Shown here: positions 9,488 to 19,424 of the stretch, in pieces | Layout of the letters: every line of letters begins with the position of its first letter | How positions within the stretch are numbered: the first letter of the stretch is position 1 | From: Anaeromyxobacter sp. | GTDB taxonomy: Bacteria > Myxococcota > Myxococcia > Myxococcales > Anaeromyxobacteraceae | Assembly (NCBI GenBank): GCA_049840735.1 | Contig: JASGJN010000021.1 | Location: 192,001 to 256,000 of the forward strand | Direction of reading: 5' to 3' | Length of the DNA: 64,000 nucleotides | Notes under the pieces: model-generated | Told to the model about the DNA's origin: nothing | Databases searched by the model: none | Seen by the model: the letters and a program-made list of their open reading frames with translations, nothing else | Made by a program: the position numbers and the translations under genes

Positions 9488-10596
9488 TGAGCGCGTTCGA
9501 CCGCGGTGCCCTGGTGGACGCGTACCTTGGCCGTCGGGTGCTGGTCACCGGCCACACGGGCTTCAAGGGAAGCTGGCTCACCGCGTGGCTTTCGGAGCTG
9601 GGGGCCGAGGTCACCGGGTACGCGCTGCCGCCTGATACCGAACCGTCGATCTTCGGTGCCATCGGCGCTGCCGCCTTGTGCCGGAGCATCACCGGGGACG
9701 TGCGGGACGCCGACCGGCTGGCGCGCGAGGTTGCCGCCTTCCGGCCGCAGGTTGTCTTCCACCTGGCCGCGCAGCCCCTGGTGCGTCGCTCGTACCGAGA
9801 CCCGCTGGCCACGTTCCACACGAACGTGCTGGGAACGGCCAACCTTCTCGAGGCAATCCGGCGCTCGGGCCACGCCTGCGCCGTGGTCGTGGTGACCACC
9901 GACAAGTGCTACGACAACCGGGAATCCGACCTGGGCTACCGCGAGGATGATCGCCTCGGCGGTCATGATCCATACGCCGCCTCAAAGGCCGCCGCCGAGC
10001 TCGTCGTGGAGAGCTATCGCCGCTCGTTCTTCCCGGTCGAGCAGCAGGCCGTGCGCCTGGCAAGTGCACGGGCGGGGAACGTGATCGGCGGCGGCGACTG
10101 GTCGGCGGATCGCCTGGTCGTGGATGCCGTGCGGGCGCTCGAGGCCGGCCGGCCCGTCACCGTCAGGAACCCGCGATCGGTCAGACCCTGGCAGCACGTG
10201 CTCGAGCCGCTCGGGGGGTACCTGCTGCTCGGTGCGATGCTGGCGCGCGCGACGCCGGATCGCGCGGGCGCCCTCTGTCAGGCCTGGAACTTCGGCCCCC
10301 GCCCGCGTGACGCGCGCTCGGTGGGCGAGCTTGCGACGAAGCTGGTGGAGGTCTGGGGCTCGGGTGCGTGGGAAGAGCGGCCGGAGCCGAACGGGCCGCA
10401 CGAGGCGCGTGTGCTCCGCCTGTCCATCGAGAAGGCCGAGCGCGAACTCGGCTGGACGCCTCGCTGGCCGTTCGATGAGGCGGTGAAACGCACCGTTGAA
10501 TGGTACAGGGCCCACCGCACGATGGGCCCAGAGGCGCTGCTCGAGTTCACGCGCGAGCAGATCCGGGCCTACGAGAGCACCCCGGGCCAGGCGTGA
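9487..10596 (+). CDS. rfbG: CDP-glucose 4,6-dehydratase
   Basis: VTGHTGFKGSWL, HLAAQPLVRRSY, TTDKCY, RAGNVIGGGDW and RPWQHVLEPL. Start overlaps the rfbF stop (TGATG). Confidence 0.93.
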   Translation: MSAFDRGALVDAYLGRRVLVTGHTGFKGSWLTAWLSELGAEVTGYALPPDTEPSIFGAIGAAALCRSITGDVRDADRLAREVAAFRPQVVFHLAAQPLVRRSYRDPLATFHTNVLGTANLLEAIRRSGHACAVVVVTTDKCYDNRESDLGYREDDRLGGHDPYAASKAAAELVVESYRRSFFPVEQQAVRLASARAGNVIGGGDWSADRLVVDAVRALEAGRPVTVRNPRSVRPWQHVLEPLGGYLLLGAMLARATPDRAGALCQAWNFGPRPRDARSVGELATKLVEVWGSGAWEERPEPNGPHEARVLRLSIEKAERELGWTPRWPFDEAVKRTVEWYRAHRTMGPEALLEFTREQIRAYESTPGQA

Positions 10597-11507
10597 GCAC
10601 AAGGATCCTCATCACGGGCGCGTCGGGGTTCATCGGAGCCCACGTCGCCGGTCTGGCGGTGCGCCGCGGACTGGAGGTCCATGCGCTGGGCCGGTCCCCG
10701 ATCCCTGCCGCGAAGCGCACCTGGTCAGCCGATCTGCGAGATCTGACGGCGCTGCGTCGGGTGGTCGCCGAGGTCCGGCCCCGCGCGATCGTGCACCTGG
10801 CTGCGGGAGGCGTGGCCTACGGCACCGGCTCGGTCAGCGACCTGCTCGCCGTGAACACCCTGGCCTCTACCGTGCTCGTCGAGGCCAGCGGCGAGCTGGC
10901 GGAGCCGGCGCCGGTGATCATGGCGGGGTCCGGATTCGAGTACCGGCCGCAGGAGCGCCCGCATCGCGAGGACGATGCCCTGGGGTCCACCAGTCCTTAC
11001 GCCCTGAGCAAGATCGCCGCCGTCGAGGCAGCGCGTCTCCTCTCCGGGAAGGTGAGCGTCACCGTGCTCCGGCTGTTCGGGGTGTACGGGCCAGGGGAGC
11101 GTCCACCGCGGATTGTGCCGGCGGTCGTGGAGAGCGCCCGTCGGGGGTGTCCGATCGAGCTGACCTCGGGCGAGCAGGTGCGGGACTACGCCTACGTCGG
11201 GGATGTCGCCGAGGCCTTCCTCCGGTTCGTGGAGCTCGATCCCTCGCCGGGATTGCGCGTCGTGAACGTTGGCGCCGGGGTCCCCGTGCCGCTGAGAGTC
11301 ATGGTCGAGGCGCTGGCGGGCGCGCTCGCGCGGAAGGGAGTCGAGGCGCAGCTGCGCTTTGGCGCCAAGGCGCAGCGCGCGGACGAGCGATCCGTCTACG
11401 CCCCTGACATCTCGCTGCTCAGGGAGACGCTGGGGTGGGGCCCGTCCACGCCCCTGGACGAGGGGCTCGAACGCACCGTGGAGGCGATGCTTGTCCAGCC
11501 TGAATGA
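10593..11507 (+). CDS. NAD-dependent epimerase/reductase (SDR), probably a CDP-4-keto-6-deoxyhexose reductase
   Basis: TGASGFIG, YALSK and VYGPGE motifs. GTGA overlap with rfbG. Confidence 0.8.
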   Translation: MSTRILITGASGFIGAHVAGLAVRRGLEVHALGRSPIPAAKRTWSADLRDLTALRRVVAEVRPRAIVHLAAGGVAYGTGSVSDLLAVNTLASTVLVEASGELAEPAPVIMAGSGFEYRPQERPHREDDALGSTSPYALSKIAAVEAARLLSGKVSVTVLRLFGVYGPGERPPRIVPAVVESARRGCPIELTSGEQVRDYAYVGDVAEAFLRFVELDPSPGLRVVNVGAGVPVPLRVMVEALAGALARKGVEAQLRFGAKAQRADERSVYAPDISLLRETLGWGPSTPLDEGLERTVEAMLVQPE

Positions 11508-11910
11508 CGTCGAGCTGATCCCCCGGGCCTACCGCACCGATCCGAGGGGCTGGCTCCTGAAGGTGATCGACGGAGGGGAAGCAGGTCTGCCCGCCCGCGA
11601 GCACGAGGTCTACCTCACGCTGGCGCGACCGGGAGAGAGCCGCGGGGGGCATTTCCACCGGGCCGCCAGCGAGTGGTTCACGGTGGTCCAGGGTGCCGCC
11701 GACCTCGAGCTCGCCGACGTCGACACGGGGGCACGGCGCGTGATCCCGCTGGACGCAGCCCAGCCGACGACCGTCAGGGTTCCTCCAGGCGTAGCCCACA
11801 TCTTCCGGACGACGGGCCAGCGTGAGCTGCTGCTCGTCGCATTCACCGACCGGCGATACGAGCCTTCGGACACGGTCCCCTTTGCCTTCGACCGGGGGAG
11901 TGCCCTGTGA
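11491..11910 (+). CDS. Cupin-fold sugar epimerase/isomerase (WxcM/FdtA-like)
   Basis: DPRGWL, RGGHFH...EWF and VPPGVAH cupin motifs. The TTG start is tentative. Confidence 0.75.
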   Translation: MSSLNDVELIPRAYRTDPRGWLLKVIDGGEAGLPAREHEVYLTLARPGESRGGHFHRAASEWFTVVQGAADLELADVDTGARRVIPLDAAQPTTVRVPPGVAHIFRTTGQRELLLVAFTDRRYEPSDTVPFAFDRGSAL

Positions 11911-13130
11911 CGGTCTCCGGGTTCGCCGGGCTCCGCGTCGCCTTCGTCTGTGACAGCCTCTCCCCGGAGGCGTCCGGGGGGCTGGTGGCGCGCCGGATGA
12001 TCTCGGCGCTCGTCGGCTGGGGGGCGCAGGTGCACGCGCTGGGCATCCGACCCAGCCGCGGCGGCCTGGTCCCCATCCCGGGCGCAGCGCTGCGGGAGGT
12101 CGCGCCCCGCGGGCCGATCGATCGTTCCCTGCAGCACTTCCTCCGTGGGCCGCTCGTTGCTGCCGCGACGGCGATGATGGAGGAGAGCGCGGCGCAGGTG
12201 GTGCACCTGGCCTCGCTGGAGTACGCCAAGCCCCGGTTCATCCTCGAGGAGGCGAGGCGGCGTGGCGCGCGCGTCGTCGTGCAGCCCTGGGTGCACAACT
12301 TCTACTGCGAGCAAGGTTACGACCTCCTCGGTGGCGGCGCGTGCGGGCGATGCGCCGGCGGGGCATTCCATCGTTCATGGGCGTCGGGTTGCGCGGCGGG
12401 AGTCGGGCAGGCGCTGCTCCACGGGACTGGGCGTGTGCTGCTGAGACGCGCGGTGTTGCAGGCAGACGCCGCGTACAGCACCAACACCCAGCTGGACTCG
12501 CGCCTGCGCGCCTACGGCCTTCCGCCCGAGCGGATTGTGCGGGGGCCGCTGCCCTTTCCAGGCGATCGGATCGAGGCACGCCACTGCGAGGACGGAGAGG
12601 AGTTCGTCTTTCACGGTCAGGCAAAGGCGATGAAGGGCTTTCCCTTGCTGGGCGAGATCGTCCGCCGGTGCTCCGGGGTGCGCTTCGGGATCTACCCGCT
12701 GGACGTGACGCCGGCGGTTCGCCAGCGCGCGGGGCTGGCCGAGCCGCTGCAAGCCGGCGTGCGGTTCGACGGCGACATCCGCTGGTCGACGGGGTTGGCC
12801 GCGCGGGTGGCGCGGGCACGGGGTGTCCTGCTGCCGAGCGTCTGGCCGAGCACGACGGAGTACGCGCTCCTCGAGGCCCTGGGGTGGGCGAAGCCGGTCA
12901 TCGCCTTCGACGTCGGCGTGAACCGGGACATCCTGGTCCACCGCGAGAACGCCATGGTCGTTCCAGCCGGAGATGTCGACGCCTACGCCGCGGCGATCCG
13001 GGAGCTGGACGCCGATCCGGCCCTGCGCCGCCGGGTCGGTGCCGGCGGGCGGCGGTTGTTCGACGCGCTCACCGCCGACGCGCCCCTGGCCACGGCGCTG
13101 GCTGCGGCGTACGGGATCGAGGCGGGATGA
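11907..13130 (+). CDS. Glycosyltransferase, GT4-like
   Basis: LLPSVW...LLEALGWAKPVIAFD and VPAGDVDA motifs. Carries a Cys-rich insert. Confidence 0.8.
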   Translation: MTVSGFAGLRVAFVCDSLSPEASGGLVARRMISALVGWGAQVHALGIRPSRGGLVPIPGAALREVAPRGPIDRSLQHFLRGPLVAAATAMMEESAAQVVHLASLEYAKPRFILEEARRRGARVVVQPWVHNFYCEQGYDLLGGGACGRCAGGAFHRSWASGCAAGVGQALLHGTGRVLLRRAVLQADAAYSTNTQLDSRLRAYGLPPERIVRGPLPFPGDRIEARHCEDGEEFVFHGQAKAMKGFPLLGEIVRRCSGVRFGIYPLDVTPAVRQRAGLAEPLQAGVRFDGDIRWSTGLAARVARARGVLLPSVWPSTTEYALLEALGWAKPVIAFDVGVNRDILVHRENAMVVPAGDVDAYAAAIRELDADPALRRRVGAGGRRLFDALTADAPLATALAAAYGIEAG

Positions 13131-14695
13131 GCGCGCCCGCGGCTGGCTCGCGCGCGGACGCTGAAGCGGGAGCCCTCGGCGGCAAGGAGGGTCGCCGCCG
13201 CGTGGCGTGGCTCAACCTGTTCTTCAACTACGCCAATCTGGCCGTGACGCTCGTGAGCGGCATCCTGCTGGTGCCGGCGTACCTGAGGTCCTTCAGCCTC
13301 GGCACGTACGGCGCCTGGCTCGCGTCCGGCAACGTGCTCGGCATGGTGGGCGTGGTCGACGGCGGCGTGAACCTGGTCCTCTCGCAGCAGCTGGCCGCGC
13401 AGGCCGCTCGGGGCGACAAGGCGGGCTTTGCGCGCACCGTATCCGCGGGGCTGGGCGTGACCGCCGCGTCGGGGTTGCTCGTCGTCGGCCTGGGGCTGCT
13501 GCTGTCTCCGCATGTCCCGGGCTGGGTCAAGTGCCCGGCCGCCGACGCGGGGGCGCTGCGGTGGGCCTTCATGGTGGCCGCGGTCGGCACGGGGGCGTCC
13601 CTGCTGGCGCAGGGGCTGGGAGGTGTGCTCCAGGCGTGGGAGGCTCCCCGCGCGGCGGGTCTTGCCAACGTCACCGCCAGCGTGCTCGGGCTCGTCGCCA
13701 CCATCGTGGCCCTTGCGCTGGGGTGGGGGGTCACGTCGCTCGCGGTGGGCATGGCGATGCGCGGGGGGGCGGGTGTGCTTCTGGCCGGCGCGGCGGTCGT
13801 TCTCGGCTGGCGGCGCGCCAGGCTGCCACGGTTCCGGCTCGAACCGGCCGCGGCGGGCGCGCTGCTGCGGGCCTCGGCGCCTGTCTTCGCGAGTCGCGTC
13901 GGGACAGCGCTCCTCTCGAACTCCGAGTCCCTGATCCTGGCGGTGATCGCGAGCCCGACCCTGGCGGGCGTGGTCGCGTTGACGGGGCGGATCCACGGCT
14001 TCGCGGGCCTGCTGCTGGCGCCCATCGGCTCCTCGGCCTTCGCGGGCGTGGCCCGTCTCCAGGCGGCCGCACCACACGAGCGCGTCCGTGAGGTCCTTCG
14101 CGAGCTCTTCGGGCTTTCGGGCGCGGTCACGGCGTTGCTCCTGGGCGGCGCCGTTGCGGTCAACCCCGGCTTCGTGGGCCTGTGGGTGGGTGGGGACGCG
14201 TTCGGGGGCGAGCTGCTGAGCCTGGCCCTGGCGGTCTCGGCGGCGTGCACGGCGCGGTTCGGCCTCACCAACCTGATGCTGAACGCCCTGGGGCGTCCGA
14301 GCGGCGCCGCGTGGATCGCGCTGATCGAGGCCGCCGCCCGGATCCCATTGACCGTGGTGTTGGTGCATCACCTGGGGGCGATTGGACTCCCGATCGCCGC
14401 CATCGCCACGGCCGTCGGGGTCAGCGGCGTCCTGTATGCGGGGCAGCTCCGCGTGGCCCTTGGAGGAGACGGCTTCAGGGTGCTGACCGCAGGGGTGGGA
14501 ACGCCAGTCGTGGCGCTAGGCCTGGGCGCAGCGGGGGCCGCGGTTTGGGTGGCGACCACCTGGCTCGGGTGGGTGGCGGGTGGAGCGTTCGTCGGAGTGG
14601 TGCTTGCGGCGACGGTGCTCGGCCTGTCCTGGCCAGCACGGTCGGCGGCGGCGAGGCTGCTCGCGAGGCCCGGGATGGACGGAGGCCTGCGGTGA
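13127..14695 (+). CDS. wzx: Polysaccharide flippase (Wzx, MOP superfamily)
   Basis: About 14 hydrophobic helices, a YGAWL motif near the N-terminus, ATGA overlap with the upstream gene, and cluster position. Confidence 0.75.
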   Translation: MSAPAAGSRADAEAGALGGKEGRRRVAWLNLFFNYANLAVTLVSGILLVPAYLRSFSLGTYGAWLASGNVLGMVGVVDGGVNLVLSQQLAAQAARGDKAGFARTVSAGLGVTAASGLLVVGLGLLLSPHVPGWVKCPAADAGALRWAFMVAAVGTGASLLAQGLGGVLQAWEAPRAAGLANVTASVLGLVATIVALALGWGVTSLAVGMAMRGGAGVLLAGAAVVLGWRRARLPRFRLEPAAAGALLRASAPVFASRVGTALLSNSESLILAVIASPTLAGVVALTGRIHGFAGLLLAPIGSSAFAGVARLQAAAPHERVREVLRELFGLSGAVTALLLGGAVAVNPGFVGLWVGGDAFGGELLSLALAVSAACTARFGLTNLMLNALGRPSGAAWIALIEAAARIPLTVVLVHHLGAIGLPIAAIATAVGVSGVLYAGQLRVALGGDGFRVLTAGVGTPVVALGLGAAGAAVWVATTWLGWVAGGAFVGVVLAATVLGLSWPARSAAARLLARPGMDGGLR

Positions 14696-16111
14696 GGCAG
14701 CTCAGGGGAATCCTCCCGGAGGCACCGCGGCCTGTCGCGTCCGCGACGCCGGCAGTGCGCGACGCGGCAGACGATCCCGGTCTGGGCCATCGCACGATCC
14801 GCTTCCTGTTCTGGATCGCGGCACTTCCCGTCCTCTTCGTGGTCCTCTGCCTGCAGATCCCGCAAGAGGCCGTGCCGCCCGAGTTTGGGATCGTGGCCTC
14901 CGCGGTCGTGTGCGGGGTCTGGCTCTGGGCCATCGGCCTGCTCCTCCGCCGCTACAGGCTCCGGTTCCCGGTCCGGCTTTCGACGGTGGCGCTCATCGCC
15001 GCCGCGAAGGTGGCCGTCGGTCTCTGGTACTGGCACACCTACCTCTACGACCTGGAGTCGGGCCGACCCCGCATCGAGTTCGTGCAGCTCGAGAGCTACG
15101 GCGAGCGGCGTGCGGACGTGGAGTCGCTCTTCCAGATCATCCGCATCTTCGATCAGTCAGGGGTCCACTACATCACGCCCGCGGAGGCGAACCTCTCCAT
15201 CAACAACCGGCCCCCCGCCCATGTCTCGGCGATCATCGTCCGGGCCTTCGGCGAGCAGGTCCCGGCCCTCTTCCCGTTCCACGCCTTGCTGGCCGCCGCG
15301 GCGGCGATCGCACTGACCCTCACGGCCCGCCTCCTGGGCGTCCAGGGCGCACGACTCCGGACATGCGCTCTCGTGCTCCTGCTCTGGCCCTACAGCTGGC
15401 AGGTCGCCATGGCGGGCAAGGACCTGATGCTGATGGCGCTGGTGGGCATCTGCGCAGCGGTGCTGGTGGCGGGAGAGCGGGTAGGGACGAAGTTCCCGTG
15501 GGGCGTCCTCTACGCGTTCTGCGTTCTCCCGCTCTTCCGCCCCGTCTACGCGCTGGTCTGCGCGGCGCTGGGGACGTCACTCCTGCTGCGCAGGAAGGTC
15601 TCCCTGGTCGTCAAGTTCTTCGGGCTCCTGCTGGTGGTCGGCCTGGGGGCAGGACTGACGCTGGGCCTTTCGCTCGAGGAGAACGTGGCCCAGCACGCCA
15701 CCTGGGCGCCGAACGAGAGCCGGCTGCTCACGGTACCGATCTTCGGAAAGAATCGTCTTCGGCCTGGGCACGCCGTTCCCATGGACCCAGGTGGCCGACG
15801 GCTGGTGGAAGTACCCGATGGTCTTCCTCTTCGCGCAACAGGTGATGACACTTGCCACCTTGGCGTGCATCCTCCACTCCGCGGGGGTGAAGGTCATCCG
15901 TCGTGTCCCCGACCTCGGCGTGCTGCTCGGCGTCGGCCTGCTCGTGGGCGGCCTCGCCGTTCCCAACACCCAGGCGCTGTACGTCCAGGTGGGCGTGATC
16001 GCGATGGTGCCCTTTGCCGTCGCGCAGGCGAGGCGGTCATTCGACTATTTCGTGCGGGCGTCCCTGGCGGCCTTCGTCGCCGGCAACGCCCTCTGGGTGT
16101 TGATCCGCTGA
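14692..16111 (+). CDS. Putative Wzy-type polymerase; +1 frameshift near 15750, likely a sequencing error
   Basis: Multi-TM protein with a periplasmic loop. Removing one A from GAATC at 15750-15754 joins IFGK to IVFGLGTPFPW and the 15791-16111 frame. Confidence 0.6.
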
Positions 16112-16118
16112 GGCACAC

Positions 16119-17303
16119 ATGAGCCTGCTCGATGGCCTGCGGCGCGGGACCGCTTACAGGATCTGGCGAAGCTGGCGCGGCGGGCAGCAGCTGCGCCAGT
16201 TCGAGGAGCTGATCCGGCGAGCCCCGGGGGCGCCGCCCTTCGAGCTGACCGACGCCCGGGCGCGGTTGGACGCGCGCCGCCAGGACCGCAGGCCCCTCGG
16301 CGCCACGGCGCGATTCGCGGTCTTCGGCACGAATCACTGGGAGCAGAATGGGCTCTGGCCCGCGCTGCGGACCGTCGGCGCCGAGGTCTTCTTCGACTAC
16401 CTGGCTGCTCCAGCGGCGCGCGCCGGCGATGGAGGAAAGGCGCTCGGGCGGTCCTTCCTCAGGGTCCTCGACGACGCCGAGCGCTCAGGAGGGCCCATCT
16501 CCCTGGTCTTCTTCTACGCCGCGGGCTTCTGGCTGGATGACGCCATGCTGGCGGAGCTGCGCGCTCGCGGAATCTGGACCGTGCTCCTCGCCCTCGATGA
16601 CAAGCAACAGCTCTTCGCTCCCCCACGCGAGGGCGTGCGCGAGTGGCAGGCGCGAGCAGCGCGCGGGGTCGATCTCTACTGGACGACGTGGCGGAGCGCG
16701 ATCGATTGGCTGGCCGCCGAGGGCGCCACCCCCTGGTACGCCCCCGCCGGCGCAGATCCCCGGCTCTTCCGGCCGGTCCCGGCGCGGCGAGACCTCGACG
16801 TGGTGTGGGTCGGCCGTGGTTACGGTCCCAGGTACGACCTCGTCCGCTCACTCAGACGCCGCGGGTTCGCGGTGCAGGCATACGGCCCAGGCTGGGAGGG
16901 CGGCCCAGTGCCATTCGAGGAGATGATGGCGCTGTATGGGCGGGCCGCGGTGGTGCTCGGAATGGGAGGCGTCGGGCAGACTGACGCATTCAAGCACCTC
17001 AAGGGCAGGGACTTCGAGGTGCCAATGAGCGGCGCGCTCTACCTGACCAGCTTCAATCCAGAGCTCACGGACCACTTCCGCGTCGGCGAGGAGATCCTGT
17101 GCTACAGCTCTGTCGCCGAGTGCGCCGACGTGCTGCGCTGGGTGCTGGCGCGGCCGGATCTTGCAGAACGGATCCGCGCAGCGGCGAGGGCGCGGAGCTT
17201 GAGGGATCACACGTGGGACGCTCGGATGCGAACCATGCTGGACCTGCTGGGCTCTGAGCGAGCGGGTCGTCCGGGCGCAGGGCTTGGAGGGACGAGACCA
17301 TGA
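16119..17303 (+). CDS. Glycosyltransferase, CgeB/Glyco_trans_1_2-like
   Basis: YGPGW, KGRDFEVPMSG, FRVGEEI and RDHTWDARM motifs. Confidence 0.8.
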   Translation: MSLLDGLRRGTAYRIWRSWRGGQQLRQFEELIRRAPGAPPFELTDARARLDARRQDRRPLGATARFAVFGTNHWEQNGLWPALRTVGAEVFFDYLAAPAARAGDGGKALGRSFLRVLDDAERSGGPISLVFFYAAGFWLDDAMLAELRARGIWTVLLALDDKQQLFAPPREGVREWQARAARGVDLYWTTWRSAIDWLAAEGATPWYAPAGADPRLFRPVPARRDLDVVWVGRGYGPRYDLVRSLRRRGFAVQAYGPGWEGGPVPFEEMMALYGRAAVVLGMGGVGQTDAFKHLKGRDFEVPMSGALYLTSFNPELTDHFRVGEEILCYSSVAECADVLRWVLARPDLAERIRAAARARSLRDHTWDARMRTMLDLLGSERAGRPGAGLGGTRP

Positions 17304-18277
17304 GCGGATCATCCAGGAAGTTGCGCGACCGGCTGGTTCACCGCGTACCCCTCCACATCCCCGGCTTCGATAGATTCACGAGCATCGGGGCGCCCCAGCA
17401 CGACGCGCCAGCGGTGATGCTGTGGAACAGCCCGCGGGACTCGCGCGAATGGTATGCGGGATTCCGGGATCGGGTGCTGGGCCAGCTCGGGAGCGGCCGT
17501 CACCTCCCCATCTATCGGATGAGCCACGGCGAGTACATCGCGATGGTCGGCTATCGCGATCGCCCGCTGGGCCGGGTCCGCAGGCTCGTGAGCAAGCTCC
17601 TCGGGAAGCAGAAGGCCTTCAAGAGTGGCGATCCGCTCTACGGCTGGGAGCAGTACACCTCGGAGGAGCTGGCGGAGGTGCGACGCCGCCTCCCCGGACT
17701 GCTGAAGCAGCTCGCCGGCGAGGGCATCCTGGCCATCGCGCTGTATCCGGAGGCCCCTGGATACGCACCGTTCCTGGCGCCGGCGCTGGACTACCTCGAT
17801 GGGCTCGGCATCGACCTCTCCGACGCGAACGCGGCGCCGTTCTATTTCGTCTATGCCCTGCTGCTGGGGCCGGACGCGGCCGAGGTGTTTCGCGGTCGGA
17901 GCGTCCTGATCGTCACGGGACCCACCCACGAGAAGTTCGAGAAGCTCGACCGGGCGCTTCGGGCGCGTGGAGTGCGCGACGTGACCTTCCTCCCCTGTCA
18001 TCCGCAGAAGTCGATGTTCGACAAGATCGATGTTGCCAGCATCGAGCGGCCAGTGGACGTGGTCCTCGTCGGGGCCGGCGTGGGTGCCGCCAACGTTCTT
18101 GATCAGCTCCGGCCGCTGGGCGCAGTGTGCATCGACGCCGGTTACTGCCTGACCGTCCTGGGTGAGCCCAACCTTCCGCGGCGCGCGTACGCCCTGCCGG
18201 ACGCGGACTTCGACCGGTACGCGCTGGCAGACGTTCCGCCCGAGCTGGCAAGTCGGGCGCGCGGTGGCGGCGCCTAG
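17300..18277 (+). CDS. Hypothetical protein, possibly a GT-D-fold glycosyltransferase
   Basis: RMSHGE, RSVLIVT and DVVLVGAGVGA...AVCIDAG resemble DUF1792/GT-D motifs. Confidence 0.5.
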   Translation: MSGSSRKLRDRLVHRVPLHIPGFDRFTSIGAPQHDAPAVMLWNSPRDSREWYAGFRDRVLGQLGSGRHLPIYRMSHGEYIAMVGYRDRPLGRVRRLVSKLLGKQKAFKSGDPLYGWEQYTSEELAEVRRRLPGLLKQLAGEGILAIALYPEAPGYAPFLAPALDYLDGLGIDLSDANAAPFYFVYALLLGPDAAEVFRGRSVLIVTGPTHEKFEKLDRALRARGVRDVTFLPCHPQKSMFDKIDVASIERPVDVVLVGAGVGAANVLDQLRPLGAVCIDAGYCLTVLGEPNLPRRAYALPDADFDRYALADVPPELASRARGGGA

Positions 18278-18280
18278 CCC

Positions 18281-19424
18281 GTGGGGTACTCGTCTCCAGA
18301 GGTGCTGTGGATCGGGCCGGTCGTCGGCGAGGCAACCATGCTCCGGTCTGCGGCCGTGAGCCCCGCCGCGAATCGGTGGCAGTCGGGCCTGCTGAAGGGG
18401 CTCGAGGCCACGGGGTGTCTGCGCCGGCTGCTCACCCACGTACCAGTGCGTGTCTGGCCGCGCGGGCCCATCCGCAGCGCTGCCCCGGACGTGGCCCAGG
18501 GCTTCCTGGGCGGTCGCGTCCAGGGAGTCAGGACCTGGAACTGGCCAGGCGCGAGGGAGGCGGGGGTCGCCGCTGCACTGTGGGCGGCAGTCAAGGACGA
18601 GCTCGAGGCGGGGCGCGGCTCCGCTTCGGTGATCATGACCTACAACGCGCCCGCCGCGTATGCGTGGATCGCTCGTCGAGCCCAGGCGCGGTATCGATCC
18701 CGCTGGGTACCGGTGATCGCCGATGTCCCCGACCATCCCGCCGCTCATCGACGGCACGTCGAGCGCGTGGCGCACGCCGAGGCCCACGTGTTGCTGTCGT
18801 GGAGCGCCTACGAGGCCTCCTCGATGGCGAAGCTGCACCTCGACGGTGGCGTCGAGGGCACGCGCCCCAGGGCTCTTGCTGCCGAGCCGCCCGCGTTCCT
18901 GTTCAGCGGAGCCATGTCGAGCTACGGAGGTGTGGAGCTCGTCCTCCGGGCCTTCGAGCTCCTGCGAGACCTGCCGGCCCAGCTCTGGATTCTGCGGCAA
19001 GGGTCACAACGAGCTGGTCGGGCGGGCCGTGGCGCGAGATTCGCGCATTCGCTTCTTCGGGCTCGTACCGGAGGCCGAGCTGGAGCGCCTGGCCGGATTG
19101 GCGACCGCATTCCTCAACCCACGGCCTCCTGAGCTGACGGCGAGCGCGCACAACTTCCCTTCCAAGGTTCTCGAGTACCTGTCCTACGGTCACCCGGTGG
19201 TGAGCACGTGGACGCCGGGCCTTTCGCCGGAGTACCGCGATGTGCTGGTGCTGACGGACGCTCGGGCGGAGGATCTCGCTCTACGCATGCGCGAGGTCGT
19301 GGCCTGGGACGAGGGAACGCGAGCCTCGTACCGGAGCCGTGCCCAGGCCTTCCTCGCCTCACGCACCTGGACCGCGCAGGCCCAGCGGCTGGCAACCTTC
19401 CTGACCGAGGTCGTGAACAGATGA
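18281..19424 (+). CDS. Glycosyltransferase, GT4-like; +1 frameshift near 18990, likely a sequencing error
   Basis: The N-terminal half (FLFSGAM) joins CGKG...NFPSKVLEYLSYGHPVVST if one T is removed from GATTC at 18988-18992. Confidence 0.75.
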
